NCBI GenBank assembly: GCA_963768055.1
Contig: CAVYGN010000002.1
Coordinates: 1,600,001-1,664,000, forward strand
Length of the DNA: 64,000 nt
Reading direction: 5' to 3'
DNA from: an uncultured Spirochaetota bacterium
GTDB taxonomy: Bacteria; Spirochaetota; Brevinematia; Brevinematales; JAOACQ01
Made by a program: the position numbers and the translations under genes. Under the pieces are notes generated by a model that was not told the origin of the DNA, made no database searches, and saw nothing but the letters and a program-made list of their open reading frames with translations. Positions 1 through 9,558 of this stretch are shown piece by piece. The first letter of the stretch is position 1. Each line of letters opens with the position of its first letter.

Positions 1-2166
1 GATTTTGAGACTAGGCATCGTTACGCCACACTGACGGCTATCCTTATAGACGTCAAAGCCACCCTTATTGATGAAATTGTGGATTTGCATGACAGGATTA
101 TGGGGAATCTTTTTAACAAGGCAAAGAACAAACATGCTGAAAAATTTCAGAAATCAGGTAAGGCCATTAATGAGAAAATAAGGTTATACTATCAAATTGG
201 CCAGGCATTGCTTGATGCAAAGATAAATGGCACTAATCCCTTCGAAGCGGTTGAGGCAATTATTCCATGGAATGATTTTACACAGAGTATTAACGAGGCC
301 CAGAAACTCATGCAGGCAGAAAACTTTGACTATCTATATCTTATTGGTAGTGGATACACACATATCAGGAAGTATGCCCCGGCACTACTGGACATCCTGC
401 AGCTGAAAGCCGCGCCTTCGTCCCGGGAATTATTAGATGCGATAGAAATCCTGAGGAATATGAACTCAAATAATATCCGGTCTGTTCCGGAAAACGCTCC
501 TGTCGGATTTGTAAGGAAACGCTGGGAGAAACTGGTACTTACCAATGATGTAATTGACCGCCGGTTTTATGAGTTATGCATCCTGGCTGAATTGAAAAAT
601 GCTTTGCGGTCAGGCGATATCTGGATAAAAGGGGCGCGTCAATATAAGGATTTTGAAGAATACCTTCTACCTGTCAATCAATTCACAGAATTGCTGGATA
701 GGAAAGAACTGCCAATAGCCGTTGTTACAGACTTTGATGATTACATTAAGGAACGATTTTCATTGCTGGAAGAAATACTGCAAACCGTGGACAGTCTGGC
801 AAGCCAGAATCAATTACAGGATGTCTCGATCACAAAATCAGGTCTTAAAATATCTCCTCTGGCAGATGACGTACCCGATGAAGCCAAAGCCTTAACAAGC
901 CGATTGTATTCCTTTCTGCCTCACCTGAAGATTACTGATCTTCTTCTCGAAGTGGATAATTGGACCGGATTTACCAGTAAATTTACCAACATGAAAACAG
1001 GAGAGGCTGCTAATGATCGCGCCCTTCTTCTGACCGCGATCCTTTCTGATGCCATTAATCTTGGATTAAGAAAAATGGCCGAATCCTGCGAGGGTATTAC
1101 GTATGCCAAGCTATCATGGCTGCAGGCATGGTTTATAAGGGACGATACTTATTCTGCAGCATTGGCCGCTCTTGTTAATGCTCAAATTGGACAGCCTCTT
1201 GCGTCATATTGGGGCGACGGCACTGCTTCCTCATCTGACGGCCAGTATTTCAGGTCAGGCTCACATGGTAAAGCGTCAGGCCGTTTTAATGCAAAACATG
1301 GTGATGAACCCGGAATCATGTTCTACACCCATGTCTCGGATATATATGTTCCATTTTATGTTCAGCCTTTACATCCTACAATGAGTGAATCGCCCTTTGT
1401 AATTGACGGCCTTCTTTACCATGAATCCGAGCTCCGGATTAAAGAACATTTTACCGATACGAGAGGTTTCAGCGACCATGTGTTTGCGTTAATGCACCTT
1501 CTTGGATTCAATTTCGAACCACGTATCCGAGATCTTGCCGATAAAAAGCTCTATATCCCTGGAAACCAGAAGGCTTATCCAATATTATCTCCATTGATAG
1601 GCGGCAGCATTGACAAAAAACTGATCCGGGATAATTGGAATGAAATACTTCGTCTTGCAACATCAATCAAACAGGGAACTGTTACAGCCTCTTTGATGTT
1701 AAGAAAGTTGAGCGGTTATCCTCGGCAGAACAAACTCTCGTTAGCCTTGCGTGAATTTGGCCGTATAGATCGTACACTATTTACCTTGAACTGGTTAAAA
1801 GATTTAGAAATGCGAAAGCGAGGTCAGATTGAGTTAAATAAAGGAGAATCTGAACACTATCTTGATCGGGCTGTTTTCTTTAATCGGCTTGGAGAGATCA
1901 GAGACCGGAGTTTTGAGAACCAGCGTTTCAGGGCAAGCGGCCTGACTACTGTCGTGGCGGCTATCATACTTTGGAACACTGTTTATCTAAACCGGGTATT
2001 AACCGAATTAAGAGATAAAGACGAAATAATAGATAATGACTTGCTTCAGCATGTTTCACCTTTAGGCTGGGAACATATCAATCTTACTGGGGATTATAGT
2101 TGGCGGCAAAATAAACAGGTTGAGAAAGGCAAATTTAGACGGCTGAATTACTTTGAAAATCCTTAA
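1..2166 (+). CDS. tnpA: Tn3-family transposase (5'-truncated by window edge)
   Basis: Frame is open from base 1; Tn3 DDE motifs SSDGQ, FTDTRG, NKGE and C-terminal SPLGWEHINLTGDY. Confidence 0.96.
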   Translation, partial: DFETRHRYATLTAILIDVKATLIDEIVDLHDRIMGNLFNKAKNKHAEKFQKSGKAINEKIRLYYQIGQALLDAKINGTNPFEAVEAIIPWNDFTQSINEAQKLMQAENFDYLYLIGSGYTHIRKYAPALLDILQLKAAPSSRELLDAIEILRNMNSNNIRSVPENAPVGFVRKRWEKLVLTNDVIDRRFYELCILAELKNALRSGDIWIKGARQYKDFEEYLLPVNQFTELLDRKELPIAVVTDFDDYIKERFSLLEEILQTVDSLASQNQLQDVSITKSGLKISPLADDVPDEAKALTSRLYSFLPHLKITDLLLEVDNWTGFTSKFTNMKTGEAANDRALLLTAILSDAINLGLRKMAESCEGITYAKLSWLQAWFIRDDTYSAALAALVNAQIGQPLASYWGDGTASSSDGQYFRSGSHGKASGRFNAKHGDEPGIMFYTHVSDIYVPFYVQPLHPTMSESPFVIDGLLYHESELRIKEHFTDTRGFSDHVFALMHLLGFNFEPRIRDLADKKLYIPGNQKAYPILSPLIGGSIDKKLIRDNWNEILRLATSIKQGTVTASLMLRKLSGYPRQNKLSLALREFGRIDRTLFTLNWLKDLEMRKRGQIELNKGESEHYLDRAVFFNRLGEIRDRSFENQRFRASGLTTVVAAIILWNTVYLNRVLTELRDKDEIIDNDLLQHVSPLGWEHINLTGDYSWRQNKQVEKGKFRRLNYFENP

Positions 2167-2199
2167 CGTGGTTAAATTTCCGTTTCGTGAGCCGACCCC
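2162..2199 (-). mobile_element. 38-bp Tn3-family terminal inverted repeat (transposon right end)
   Basis: Reverse complement GGGGTCGGCTCACGAAACGGAAATTTAACCACGTTAAG fits the Tn21-type GGGG...TAAG pattern and overlaps the tnpA stop codon. Confidence 0.93.
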
Positions 2200-2247
2200 T
2201 ATATAAGTAAAATTAATGCTTCGGTAATGTTTAAAAGAGGTAGTTTT

Positions 2248-2550
2248 ATGGTATTGAGGCTGTTAAAACTCACTTTTTTTTCCCTGGGGATAGCTGCCGC
2301 TGTTTTTTTAATATTGAGATTGTTTTTTAATATCGCCGTTTCAGGTGAAATAGCTCTCTTGATCTTTATTCTTCAATTGCTGGTAATGATATTGCTGACA
2401 TCGAAGAAAATGGCTACGGTCATGGCCGACAGGACGATAAAGTGCCCCCACTGCGGCTCAGATGTCGAGGCGGCTTTTATCAACGGTTCCCTCGCAATGA
2501 GTTTCGAATGCCCTGCATGCGGTAAGATAATCGGCGGCGACAGCGTCTAA
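2248..2550 (+). CDS. small membrane protein with C-terminal zinc ribbon
   Basis: Two hydrophobic helices, then CPHC...CPAC; GAGG RBS before ATG at 2248. Confidence 0.7.
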   Translation: MVLRLLKLTFFSLGIAAAVFLILRLFFNIAVSGEIALLIFILQLLVMILLTSKKMATVMADRTIKCPHCGSDVEAAFINGSLAMSFECPACGKIIGGDSV

Positions 2551-2591
2551 ATATAAACACAACATTATCGGGTTATTTTTAAAAAAAAGAG

Positions 2592-2643
2592 TTGACTAAT
2601 CGATTTTTTTTATGTTATAATAGTTGATTGATCAACTATTATA
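2592..2643 (+). promoter_or_regulatory. sigma70 promoter with overlapping palindromic operator (likely MarR site)
   Basis: TTGACT(2592)-18 bp-TATAAT(2616) with TG extension; perfect inverted repeat TATAATAGTTGAT-tg-ATCAACTATTATA at 2616-2643. Confidence 0.8.
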
Positions 2644-2657
2644 CGGAAGGATCAATA

Positions 2658-3083
2658 ATGGAATTTATTTCAAGGTTCTTCTGGCAGATCAATAAGAATA
2701 GTCAGGTTTTTATTGCCTGCAGGTTAAAAAGGTTTAAGATAGGAAACGGCCAGCTTCCATTACTTATGCTTCTTTTCAATTATAAGGAATGCTTAAACCA
2801 GGAAGAGATTTCGCAATTATTAAATATCGACAAAGGGGCTACCGCGAGAGCGGTCGGTAAACTCCTGAAAGAAGGATTTATAAATAGAAGCCCGGACGCT
2901 AAAGACAACAGGATGCAAAGGATCAGTTTATCTGAAAAAGCGCGTAGGATGAAAGATGACTTTTTTAATATCGCGGATGAATGGCAAAATATTTTATTAA
3001 AAGGCGTTTCCAGAAAGGATAAGGAATATTTTTTGGAAATTCTAAAAAAAATAAAAAAAAATTCACAAAATTTTAGAGATTAA
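2658..3083 (+). CDS. MarR-family transcriptional regulator
   Basis: Winged-helix motifs IDKGATARAVGKL...GFINR..D..DNR; start refined to ATG 2658 after GGAAGG. Confidence 0.92.
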   Translation: MEFISRFFWQINKNSQVFIACRLKRFKIGNGQLPLLMLLFNYKECLNQEEISQLLNIDKGATARAVGKLLKEGFINRSPDAKDNRMQRISLSEKARRMKDDFFNIADEWQNILLKGVSRKDKEYFLEILKKIKKNSQNFRD

Positions 3084-3084
3084 T

Positions 3085-4422
3085 ATGAAAATATTGCTGG
3101 TATATACTAACCGTTACCGGTATATCCCGCCGCCGCCGGTAGGACTGGCTTATCTTGTAAATCCGTTAAAGGCCCGGGGGCATGATGTGCATGTGCTGGA
3201 TTTAATGTTTTCAAAAAATCCTCATCAGGATATTGAAATCTCCCTTCATAAATTCAATCCGGATTTCGCCGGTTTTTCGATAAGAAACCTCGATAATCAA
3301 TACATGCTGGATCTAAAGAGCCCCCTTCCCGATATTAAAGAGTATGTCGCCGAAGTAAAAAGTAAAGGGGTTACAACTATACTGGGAGGCACTGCGTTTA
3401 CAACCATGCCGGTGGAGATGCTTGAATATATGGGCGCTGATTACGGAATAGCCGGGCAGGGGGAAGAAAGCCTTCAGGTACTGATCGAGGCGATAGAAAA
3501 AAAGAAGGATTTAACCGGCATATCCGGCCTGGTTTATAGATCCGGAAGCGCAGTATATGTGAATCCTCCGGTAATAAAAGGTTACAACGGCAATATTTGC
3601 GCCGATTGGAGCTCCTTCAACACAAAACCTTACAAGAAAAACGCGCTTCTGACTCCCGCGGGCGTTGTTGTTGTGAAAACAGGCTGTCCTTACGAATGCT
3701 CTTATTGCGATGTAAGGAGCACTATGGGCGGAGTTCCTGTTTTCAGGGAAACCGTTAAAATTCTTGATGAAATCAAGTCGATAAAAAAAACACAAAAGAT
3801 ACGTAATTTCTTCCTGGTAGATCCTTGCTTCAATTCGCCACTGGACAAGGCAAAAGAATTTTTAAACGAAATGATCGCTGCCGATCCGGGTATTCGTTTT
3901 ATATCGCGCTGCAATCCCGTACATAATTCTTTTGACAATGAATTTTTCACCCTTTATAAAAAAGCCGGAGGATATTCTATTAATTCGGCCATCGACTCTT
4001 TTTCGGATGCAATGCTTAAAAACTATCGAAAGCCTTTCTTATTTGAAGATATAGCCCTTTTCAGCAGATTGGCGAAAAAGAACGGAATCCGCTTTATATC
4101 GGAAATGCTTTTCGGGGGGCCCGGGGAAACCGTTGAAACAATTAAAGATTCTATGGCTTTACTGCCTTATGTCGAATATTCCATGTTCTTATATTCTATC
4201 GGGGTAAGGATCAGCCCGCGCACTGCGGTGTTCGCATCAGCAGTAAAAGAAGGCTTTATAAGGGATTCTTCGGAACTCCTTTTTGCAAAATTTTATGTTT
4301 CAAAGTATATCGATGTCGGATGGGCTAAAAAATTTATCGGCGAATCGGTTAAAAAATATTCCTACCGTTACCGTAGAATGGCGCCGGTAATATTGCGGAA
4401 TGTGCTGGATGCGATTCTATAA
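3085..4422 (+). CDS. cobalamin-binding radical SAM protein
   Basis: N-terminal PPVGLAYL B12-binding-type domain; CPYECSYC motif; FGGPGET. Confidence 0.9.
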   Translation: MKILLVYTNRYRYIPPPPVGLAYLVNPLKARGHDVHVLDLMFSKNPHQDIEISLHKFNPDFAGFSIRNLDNQYMLDLKSPLPDIKEYVAEVKSKGVTTILGGTAFTTMPVEMLEYMGADYGIAGQGEESLQVLIEAIEKKKDLTGISGLVYRSGSAVYVNPPVIKGYNGNICADWSSFNTKPYKKNALLTPAGVVVVKTGCPYECSYCDVRSTMGGVPVFRETVKILDEIKSIKKTQKIRNFFLVDPCFNSPLDKAKEFLNEMIAADPGIRFISRCNPVHNSFDNEFFTLYKKAGGYSINSAIDSFSDAMLKNYRKPFLFEDIALFSRLAKKNGIRFISEMLFGGPGETVETIKDSMALLPYVEYSMFLYSIGVRISPRTAVFASAVKEGFIRDSSELLFAKFYVSKYIDVGWAKKFIGESVKKYSYRYRRMAPVILRNVLDAIL

Positions 4423-4457
4423 TGTTGTAATCGCAGATATACAATCAATAGACATAT

Positions 4458-5405
4458 TTATTTATTAGGAAAGTATTTCAAATTTATCTTAGCCGATATT
4501 TCCTCTGTAACCGGGGTAGGGACATTTTCTTCCTTTCCCATGCTTATTATCGACATGCCGAAAATATTTCCCTCGTTTTTGCCGCCCGATTCAAGGTCGC
4601 GCTGGTAGGATGTTTTTGCGTCCGGGGTGAACAAACGAGCCTTCTCGATAGTTTCTTCGATAATTCCATCCGGCAGGGCCTTTCCAGGGCCCTTCTTAAC
4701 GGAAATGGCTGCGATCTCTTCCAGGATATTCCTGACAAGAATCAGGGTTTCAGGATCGGCATAAACTTCCCCGATCGGCTTGCCTGAAAACGCCGTCACC
4801 ATGCCGTAAGAGGCGACAAAGAGGTATTTACCCCAGATCGCCGGATACGGATCGTCGTACCACCGGCAATCGATCCCCGCCCTTGTGAATAATTCAACCG
4901 TTTCTTTTTGTTCGAAGGAGCGGCCTCGCTCATTGCCTATGTAAATCCTTCCCGCGGACCCGCTCTGAGCGACAATGCCCGGCCGTTCTATATGAGTGCC
5001 GACATAGGCGCAGCCCGGGAGCAGAATTCCTTCGTTATAGAACCGGCGTATCCTCCGGACTATATCAACGCCGTTCAAGAGAGGGATTAAACCAGTCTCT
5101 TTTCCGGAAACGATTGCGATATCCCTCACGGCTGCCTCTAAATCATATTCTTTGACGCATAATAAAACAATGTCGGGACGGGGGAGTTTCTTAATATCAT
5201 CGCCGGCGGAGAAAGGCCGGCATACCGATACGGTATTTCCAGTCTTAAGCAGGAGACCGTTTTTCATGATTTGATCAAGATGTTCGCCCCGTGCTGCAAA
5301 AGAAACCTTTATTTCGGCTGATTTTTCGTAAAAAGAGGCGAGCCTTCCGCCAAAGTAGCCTCCCACCCCTCCGACGCCATAAATCATTATGTTCCGTATC
5401 ATCAA
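4458..5405 (-). CDS. panE: 2-dehydropantoate 2-reductase family protein
   Basis: GVGGVGGYFG Rossmann motif, LCVK, LLNG, WGKY, TSYQRD. Confidence 0.88.
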   Translation of the reverse strand: MMIRNIMIYGVGGVGGYFGGRLASFYEKSAEIKVSFAARGEHLDQIMKNGLLLKTGNTVSVCRPFSAGDDIKKLPRPDIVLLCVKEYDLEAAVRDIAIVSGKETGLIPLLNGVDIVRRIRRFYNEGILLPGCAYVGTHIERPGIVAQSGSAGRIYIGNERGRSFEQKETVELFTRAGIDCRWYDDPYPAIWGKYLFVASYGMVTAFSGKPIGEVYADPETLILVRNILEEIAAISVKKGPGKALPDGIIEETIEKARLFTPDAKTSYQRDLESGGKNEGNIFGMSIISMGKEENVPTPVTEEISAKINLKYFPNK

Positions 5406-5438
5406 AACCCTCTAGTTAATATATAGTAAATATAATAC

Positions 5439-5467
5439 AGTATAATTAAAGTCGGAGGTCTTGTCAA
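5439..5467 (-). promoter_or_regulatory. sigma70 promoter for panE
   Basis: Minus strand TTGACA(5467-5462)-17 bp-TATACT(5444-5439). Confidence 0.65.
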
Positions 5468-5497
5468 TAGATTGTCTTCATCGAAGCTATTTTTCAT

Positions 5498-5526
5498 TTG
5501 ACAATCAATTAATCAAGTCTTATAAT
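5498..5526 (+). promoter_or_regulatory. consensus sigma70 promoter for the CPBP/radical SAM operon
   Basis: TTGACA(5498)-17 bp-TATAAT(5521), exact consensus. Confidence 0.8.
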
Positions 5527-5570
5527 CGTTCTAATTATTTAGCGCAAAATGGTAAAAGGGGCAAAGATTT

Positions 5571-6326
5571 ATGAAAGAAAAAACAATTTTATTTGCTTTC
5601 AGGCCGTCTAAAGAATTGCTGATCATACTATTGATTTTTGTCGCAGGGGTGTTTTTTAATTTTATCGCCGATTATTCAGGAAGAGGCACTTTTCTGTTTT
5701 ATTTATTTTACCAGGTAATATTTGTCATTGGAATATGCATTTTCATTCCTCTTTATTATACCGTTTTTTATAGGAAAGAAAAATTGGAGACGATCGGTAT
5801 TTCTTCTAAAAAATGGCTGCAAGCTGTATTGATCGGGCTCCTTATTGCCGGAATAACAGCCGGGGGAAGCCTGATTCATAAAACTATTATACTCCCGCCG
5901 ACTGATAAACTGGTATATCTGGTACTATGTTTAATAATGTCGACCTTATTTGAAGAAGTGTTTTTCCGCGGATTTCTGCAAACCAAATTCGAGAATTATT
6001 TCGGCATGGTACCTGCCATCATCATAGCCGGCATATGTTTCGGCCTGTATCATATGGGTTATTCCGATATGCGGAATATAAATGACCTGCTGATTTTATC
6101 AACGGTAGGGATAGTATTTTCAATTTCATTTCGAATAACAAAAAATATTATTACTTCTTACATAGTCAATCTGCCAAATGCAGTTATAACATTTCTGGTT
6201 CGAAAAACCTATTTTAATATGGATGCCGCCGTTATTTCATTAATAGTAACTATCGTAGCAATAACGTTGATATATTACTTCGGCAGGAGTTCTAAAACGG
6301 CCGGCGATATCGCCGGTCAAAAATAA
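5571..6326 (+). CDS. CPBP (CAAX/Abi) family intramembrane metalloprotease
   Basis: EEVFFRG and FGLYH motifs; multiple TM helices. Confidence 0.88.
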   Translation: MKEKTILFAFRPSKELLIILLIFVAGVFFNFIADYSGRGTFLFYLFYQVIFVIGICIFIPLYYTVFYRKEKLETIGISSKKWLQAVLIGLLIAGITAGGSLIHKTIILPPTDKLVYLVLCLIMSTLFEEVFFRGFLQTKFENYFGMVPAIIIAGICFGLYHMGYSDMRNINDLLILSTVGIVFSISFRITKNIITSYIVNLPNAVITFLVRKTYFNMDAAVISLIVTIVAITLIYYFGRSSKTAGDIAGQK

Positions 6327-6338
6327 AAGGATCTAATT

Positions 6339-7400
6339 ATGAATTTTCCAACCAGCGTGTCTTTTACTATTACCAACGCCTGCAACTTGCGCTGTAAAAT
6401 GTGCGGGCAATGGAACGAGAGGGGTTATATTCAAAATCATAAAGATCAATTACAGCATGAAATTAAGCTCTCCGTCTGGAAGAAATTGATTGATGAAATG
6501 GCTGAAAATGAGGTCTTTTCTGTCCTTCTGCGCGGCGGCGAGCCGTTTATGCATCCTGATATTATCGAATTGCTGGAATATATTCATTTTAAGGGTTTAT
6601 TTACTTCGATAGATACGAATGGAACTTATCTGGAAAAATACCTGAAAGATATAGTCAGAATAGGCAAAATTCATCTTACTATTTCTGTTGACGGTCCTGA
6701 AGAAATACATGATTATGTAAGGGGTATTAAGGGGAGCTTTCATAAAGCCAGGGAAAATATTCTGGCTTTAAACGAACTGGAAAAAGAAAGTCCGAATAAG
6801 ATCGGCAAATCTATCAACTTTACTATAAGCCCTCATTCCTATAAAGGACTTGGCGCAATGCCGGAAATTGCAAGAAGCTTGGGAATTAACAGCATTTCAA
6901 TTGTCCCATATTACTACGTCACCGACCGGATGGGGAAAGAATATGAGAAAATCCTGAAAGATAATTTTAACATTCGGGCTTATTCATGGAACGGTTTTTA
7001 CAATGCGGATTCCGGGATCGATTTTGAAATCTTTAAAAATGAATTTCATAAATTTATGGATAACTTAAAAGGTATATTTAATTTTCCTTATATGGGTTCC
7101 GGCAGGGAGGGGTTCTCTTTAGAGGATTATCGAGTTTGGTTTCATGATGCAACTACACCGGCGGGAACTTTTAAATGCATGAATGTCGAAAGATTTATCG
7201 ATATTCAGCCCGACGGCAACGTAAATTTTTGTACTGATTTTCCGGATGCGGCATTAGGTAATGTTTTGAAAAATTCCATACATGAAATATGGAATGGTGA
7301 AAAGGCTGAAAAATTCCGGGAATACCGCCGGAAAAAGATGCTTCCCGTCTGCTTCCGGTGCGGGGCCAAATATATGTCTGAGGTAGCGGATAAATTATAA
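6339..7400 (+). CDS. radical SAM protein with SPASM/twitch domain
   Basis: CNLRCKMC, GGEP, C-terminal C...DGNVNFC...GNV...CFRC. Confidence 0.9.
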   Translation: MNFPTSVSFTITNACNLRCKMCGQWNERGYIQNHKDQLQHEIKLSVWKKLIDEMAENEVFSVLLRGGEPFMHPDIIELLEYIHFKGLFTSIDTNGTYLEKYLKDIVRIGKIHLTISVDGPEEIHDYVRGIKGSFHKARENILALNELEKESPNKIGKSINFTISPHSYKGLGAMPEIARSLGINSISIVPYYYVTDRMGKEYEKILKDNFNIRAYSWNGFYNADSGIDFEIFKNEFHKFMDNLKGIFNFPYMGSGREGFSLEDYRVWFHDATTPAGTFKCMNVERFIDIQPDGNVNFCTDFPDAALGNVLKNSIHEIWNGEKAEKFREYRRKKMLPVCFRCGAKYMSEVADKL

Positions 7401-7445
7401 GTCAATATTTGGCGTTATGTTTATTAACAGGGGCCTTTTAAAATC

Positions 7446-7937
7446 ATGAAAGAATTTTTAGTTTCAGGAATATTGTTTTTAGCCGCACAGTTGTTTTTCA
7501 TAAACTCCGCCTGCTGTGAACTGCGTGAAGTGACATTCTTCAATCCTCCCGACGCATACGGCACAATAAGTCTGCAGGAGCTGTACGGAAAAGGCGGCGC
7601 TCTCCTGGTGGTAAAAACATACTATTACAGGGCGAAGAACCCCAGGATTCTGGATAGAATCGTTCTTTCGGACGCTTCCGCCAAGGTCCTGCGGACATTT
7701 GACTGCGATTTTTTCGGCATCATCCATAATCCCAGGTACATGTGCCTGGACGGGGATTGTAATATAATAATCGAAAAAGAAAAGCCGGTATTCGTAAAAC
7801 TCTTCCCTGCCGCAGAACCGGCGGTTACAACCAACATATACAGCGCCGGGTACCTGGTCAAGTCCGTGAAGACTATATTCGAATGCAGCAACGTCCTCAA
7901 GGGGACAGATTTGACCAATTGCAGATATGTCTGGTAG
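7446..7937 (+). CDS. hypothetical exported protein
   Basis: 163-aa ORF with signal-peptide-like N-terminus, co-oriented with neighbours. Confidence 0.6.
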   Translation: MKEFLVSGILFLAAQLFFINSACCELREVTFFNPPDAYGTISLQELYGKGGALLVVKTYYYRAKNPRILDRIVLSDASAKVLRTFDCDFFGIIHNPRYMCLDGDCNIIIEKEKPVFVKLFPAAEPAVTTNIYSAGYLVKSVKTIFECSNVLKGTDLTNCRYVW

Positions 7938-7964
7938 GGATAAAACTGAAACAGGGGCAAAATT

Positions 7965-9422
7965 ATGATCAGGTTATTTTTTTCAAAAAGGTATTCCATC
8001 ATTCCCGTAATTATTTTTTCATCTATATGTTATTTCCTTTCTACAGGCCTTCAAGGCGATTTCTGGTTTTTACTATGGATAGCTCCGGTCCCGATTCTTC
8101 TTTACAGTTATTATAACTCCGGAATATCGACCTTTCTTATCGCGGCGGCGATATTCTTAATTTCAAAAATAAACCTGTTAGCATACTGGATTAAAGTTTT
8201 AACGCCTTCACTGGCTTTTTCGCTGATTTTGATTTTATCCGTTTTATCTGCATGTATATTTTTATTGAATAAAATTATATCATCGAAATTAAAAGAACCC
8301 TTTGCTATTTTTGTTTTTCCGCTTTTATATACGTCAGTTGAATTCCTTGAAAGTTTAATTCTTCCCGATATCAGTTTATACAGCCTCGCTTATACTCAGG
8401 CGGATAATACATTAATAATTCAAATCGCCGCTTTGACAGGGATGTACGGAGTTACCTTTTTTATTTCATTATTCGCGTCCTGTTTTGCATACCTGATTTT
8501 AATAAAGGCCAATAATAGCCGGTTTTACTCATTTATCGCCGGACCCTTGATATTATTATTAGTTCCGGTTTATGGAATTGTCAGGATGAATCCAATATCA
8601 AATAACAATGATATACATTTTAAAGCGGCATGCATTAGAGTCGATTCACTAAGTCATGGAGAAAATATATTCAATTCGAAAAATGGAAATCTTGTTTTTA
8701 AGGAATATTCAAACCTTATCGATCAAAATATAAAAGAAAGGATCGACTGTATTCTGCTTCCTGAAAAAATGATAGAACTTCATCAGGAGGAAAAATCGAA
8801 TTATTATCCGGAATTTTCAGCGATCGCATCCGATAAAAACGCTATAATCACAGCGGGATTTAAAATAAAGAACAAGGACCGTTATGAAAATATTGCTGCC
8901 GTTTTTTTCCCCAATGGAAAGACTATTATGGAATATCAAAAAAAATACCTCGTCCCCGGCTGGGAAAGTAAATTCGACAGCGGGGATAAATTATTAATAT
9001 TCAAATATAAAGAGTTGAATATCGGCGCCGCAATTTGCAAAGATATGGATTTTCCGGGCTGGATCAGGAAATATTCTTCGATTGACATCATGCTGGCGCC
9101 TTCCTGGGATTTTCAGGAAGATAACTGGATGCATTCCCGCCCTGCGATTTTCAGAGGGGTTGAAAACGGTTTTACAATGATAAGATCGGCAAGGGAAGGG
9201 GATCTGACAATTTCAGGCCCTTACGGCAATATTATTAAACAGGCCGTCTACGATAAAAAAGACGGGGAAGATATTTTAATGGCCGATATTTATTCGGTAA
9301 AATTGGATACCTTATACTCAAAATTCGGCGACTGGTTCTGCTGGCTGAGCATGATAATCCTGGCTTTCTTTGCTTTCTTTTCGATATTTAAAGTAAATTT
9401 AGGATTGAAAAAACGGATTTGA
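7965..9422 (+). CDS. membrane-anchored carbon-nitrogen hydrolase (apolipoprotein N-acyltransferase-like)
   Basis: N-terminal TM bundle (LAYTQ, IQIAALTGMYG) and nitrilase triad LLPE / YQK / AICKD. Confidence 0.8.
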   Translation: MIRLFFSKRYSIIPVIIFSSICYFLSTGLQGDFWFLLWIAPVPILLYSYYNSGISTFLIAAAIFLISKINLLAYWIKVLTPSLAFSLILILSVLSACIFLLNKIISSKLKEPFAIFVFPLLYTSVEFLESLILPDISLYSLAYTQADNTLIIQIAALTGMYGVTFFISLFASCFAYLILIKANNSRFYSFIAGPLILLLVPVYGIVRMNPISNNNDIHFKAACIRVDSLSHGENIFNSKNGNLVFKEYSNLIDQNIKERIDCILLPEKMIELHQEEKSNYYPEFSAIASDKNAIITAGFKIKNKDRYENIAAVFFPNGKTIMEYQKKYLVPGWESKFDSGDKLLIFKYKELNIGAAICKDMDFPGWIRKYSSIDIMLAPSWDFQEDNWMHSRPAIFRGVENGFTMIRSAREGDLTISGPYGNIIKQAVYDKKDGEDILMADIYSVKLDTLYSKFGDWFCWLSMIILAFFAFFSIFKVNLGLKKRI

Positions 9423-9558
9423 ACCGCGGATTAAGCCCTGGAGAGGTAAGCAGATCCCCCATTTATGATGGGTGGCACAGATTATTATCTGGAATATCTG
9501 TGAAATCGTGGTTTTATTTTATGGTTCAGGAGCTTTTGTAATAAAGGTAGGAGGAATC

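Noticed and set aside
5571..7400. Second RiPP system (CPBP protease plus rSAM/twitch)
   Set aside because: No precursor-like small ORF or exporter nearby
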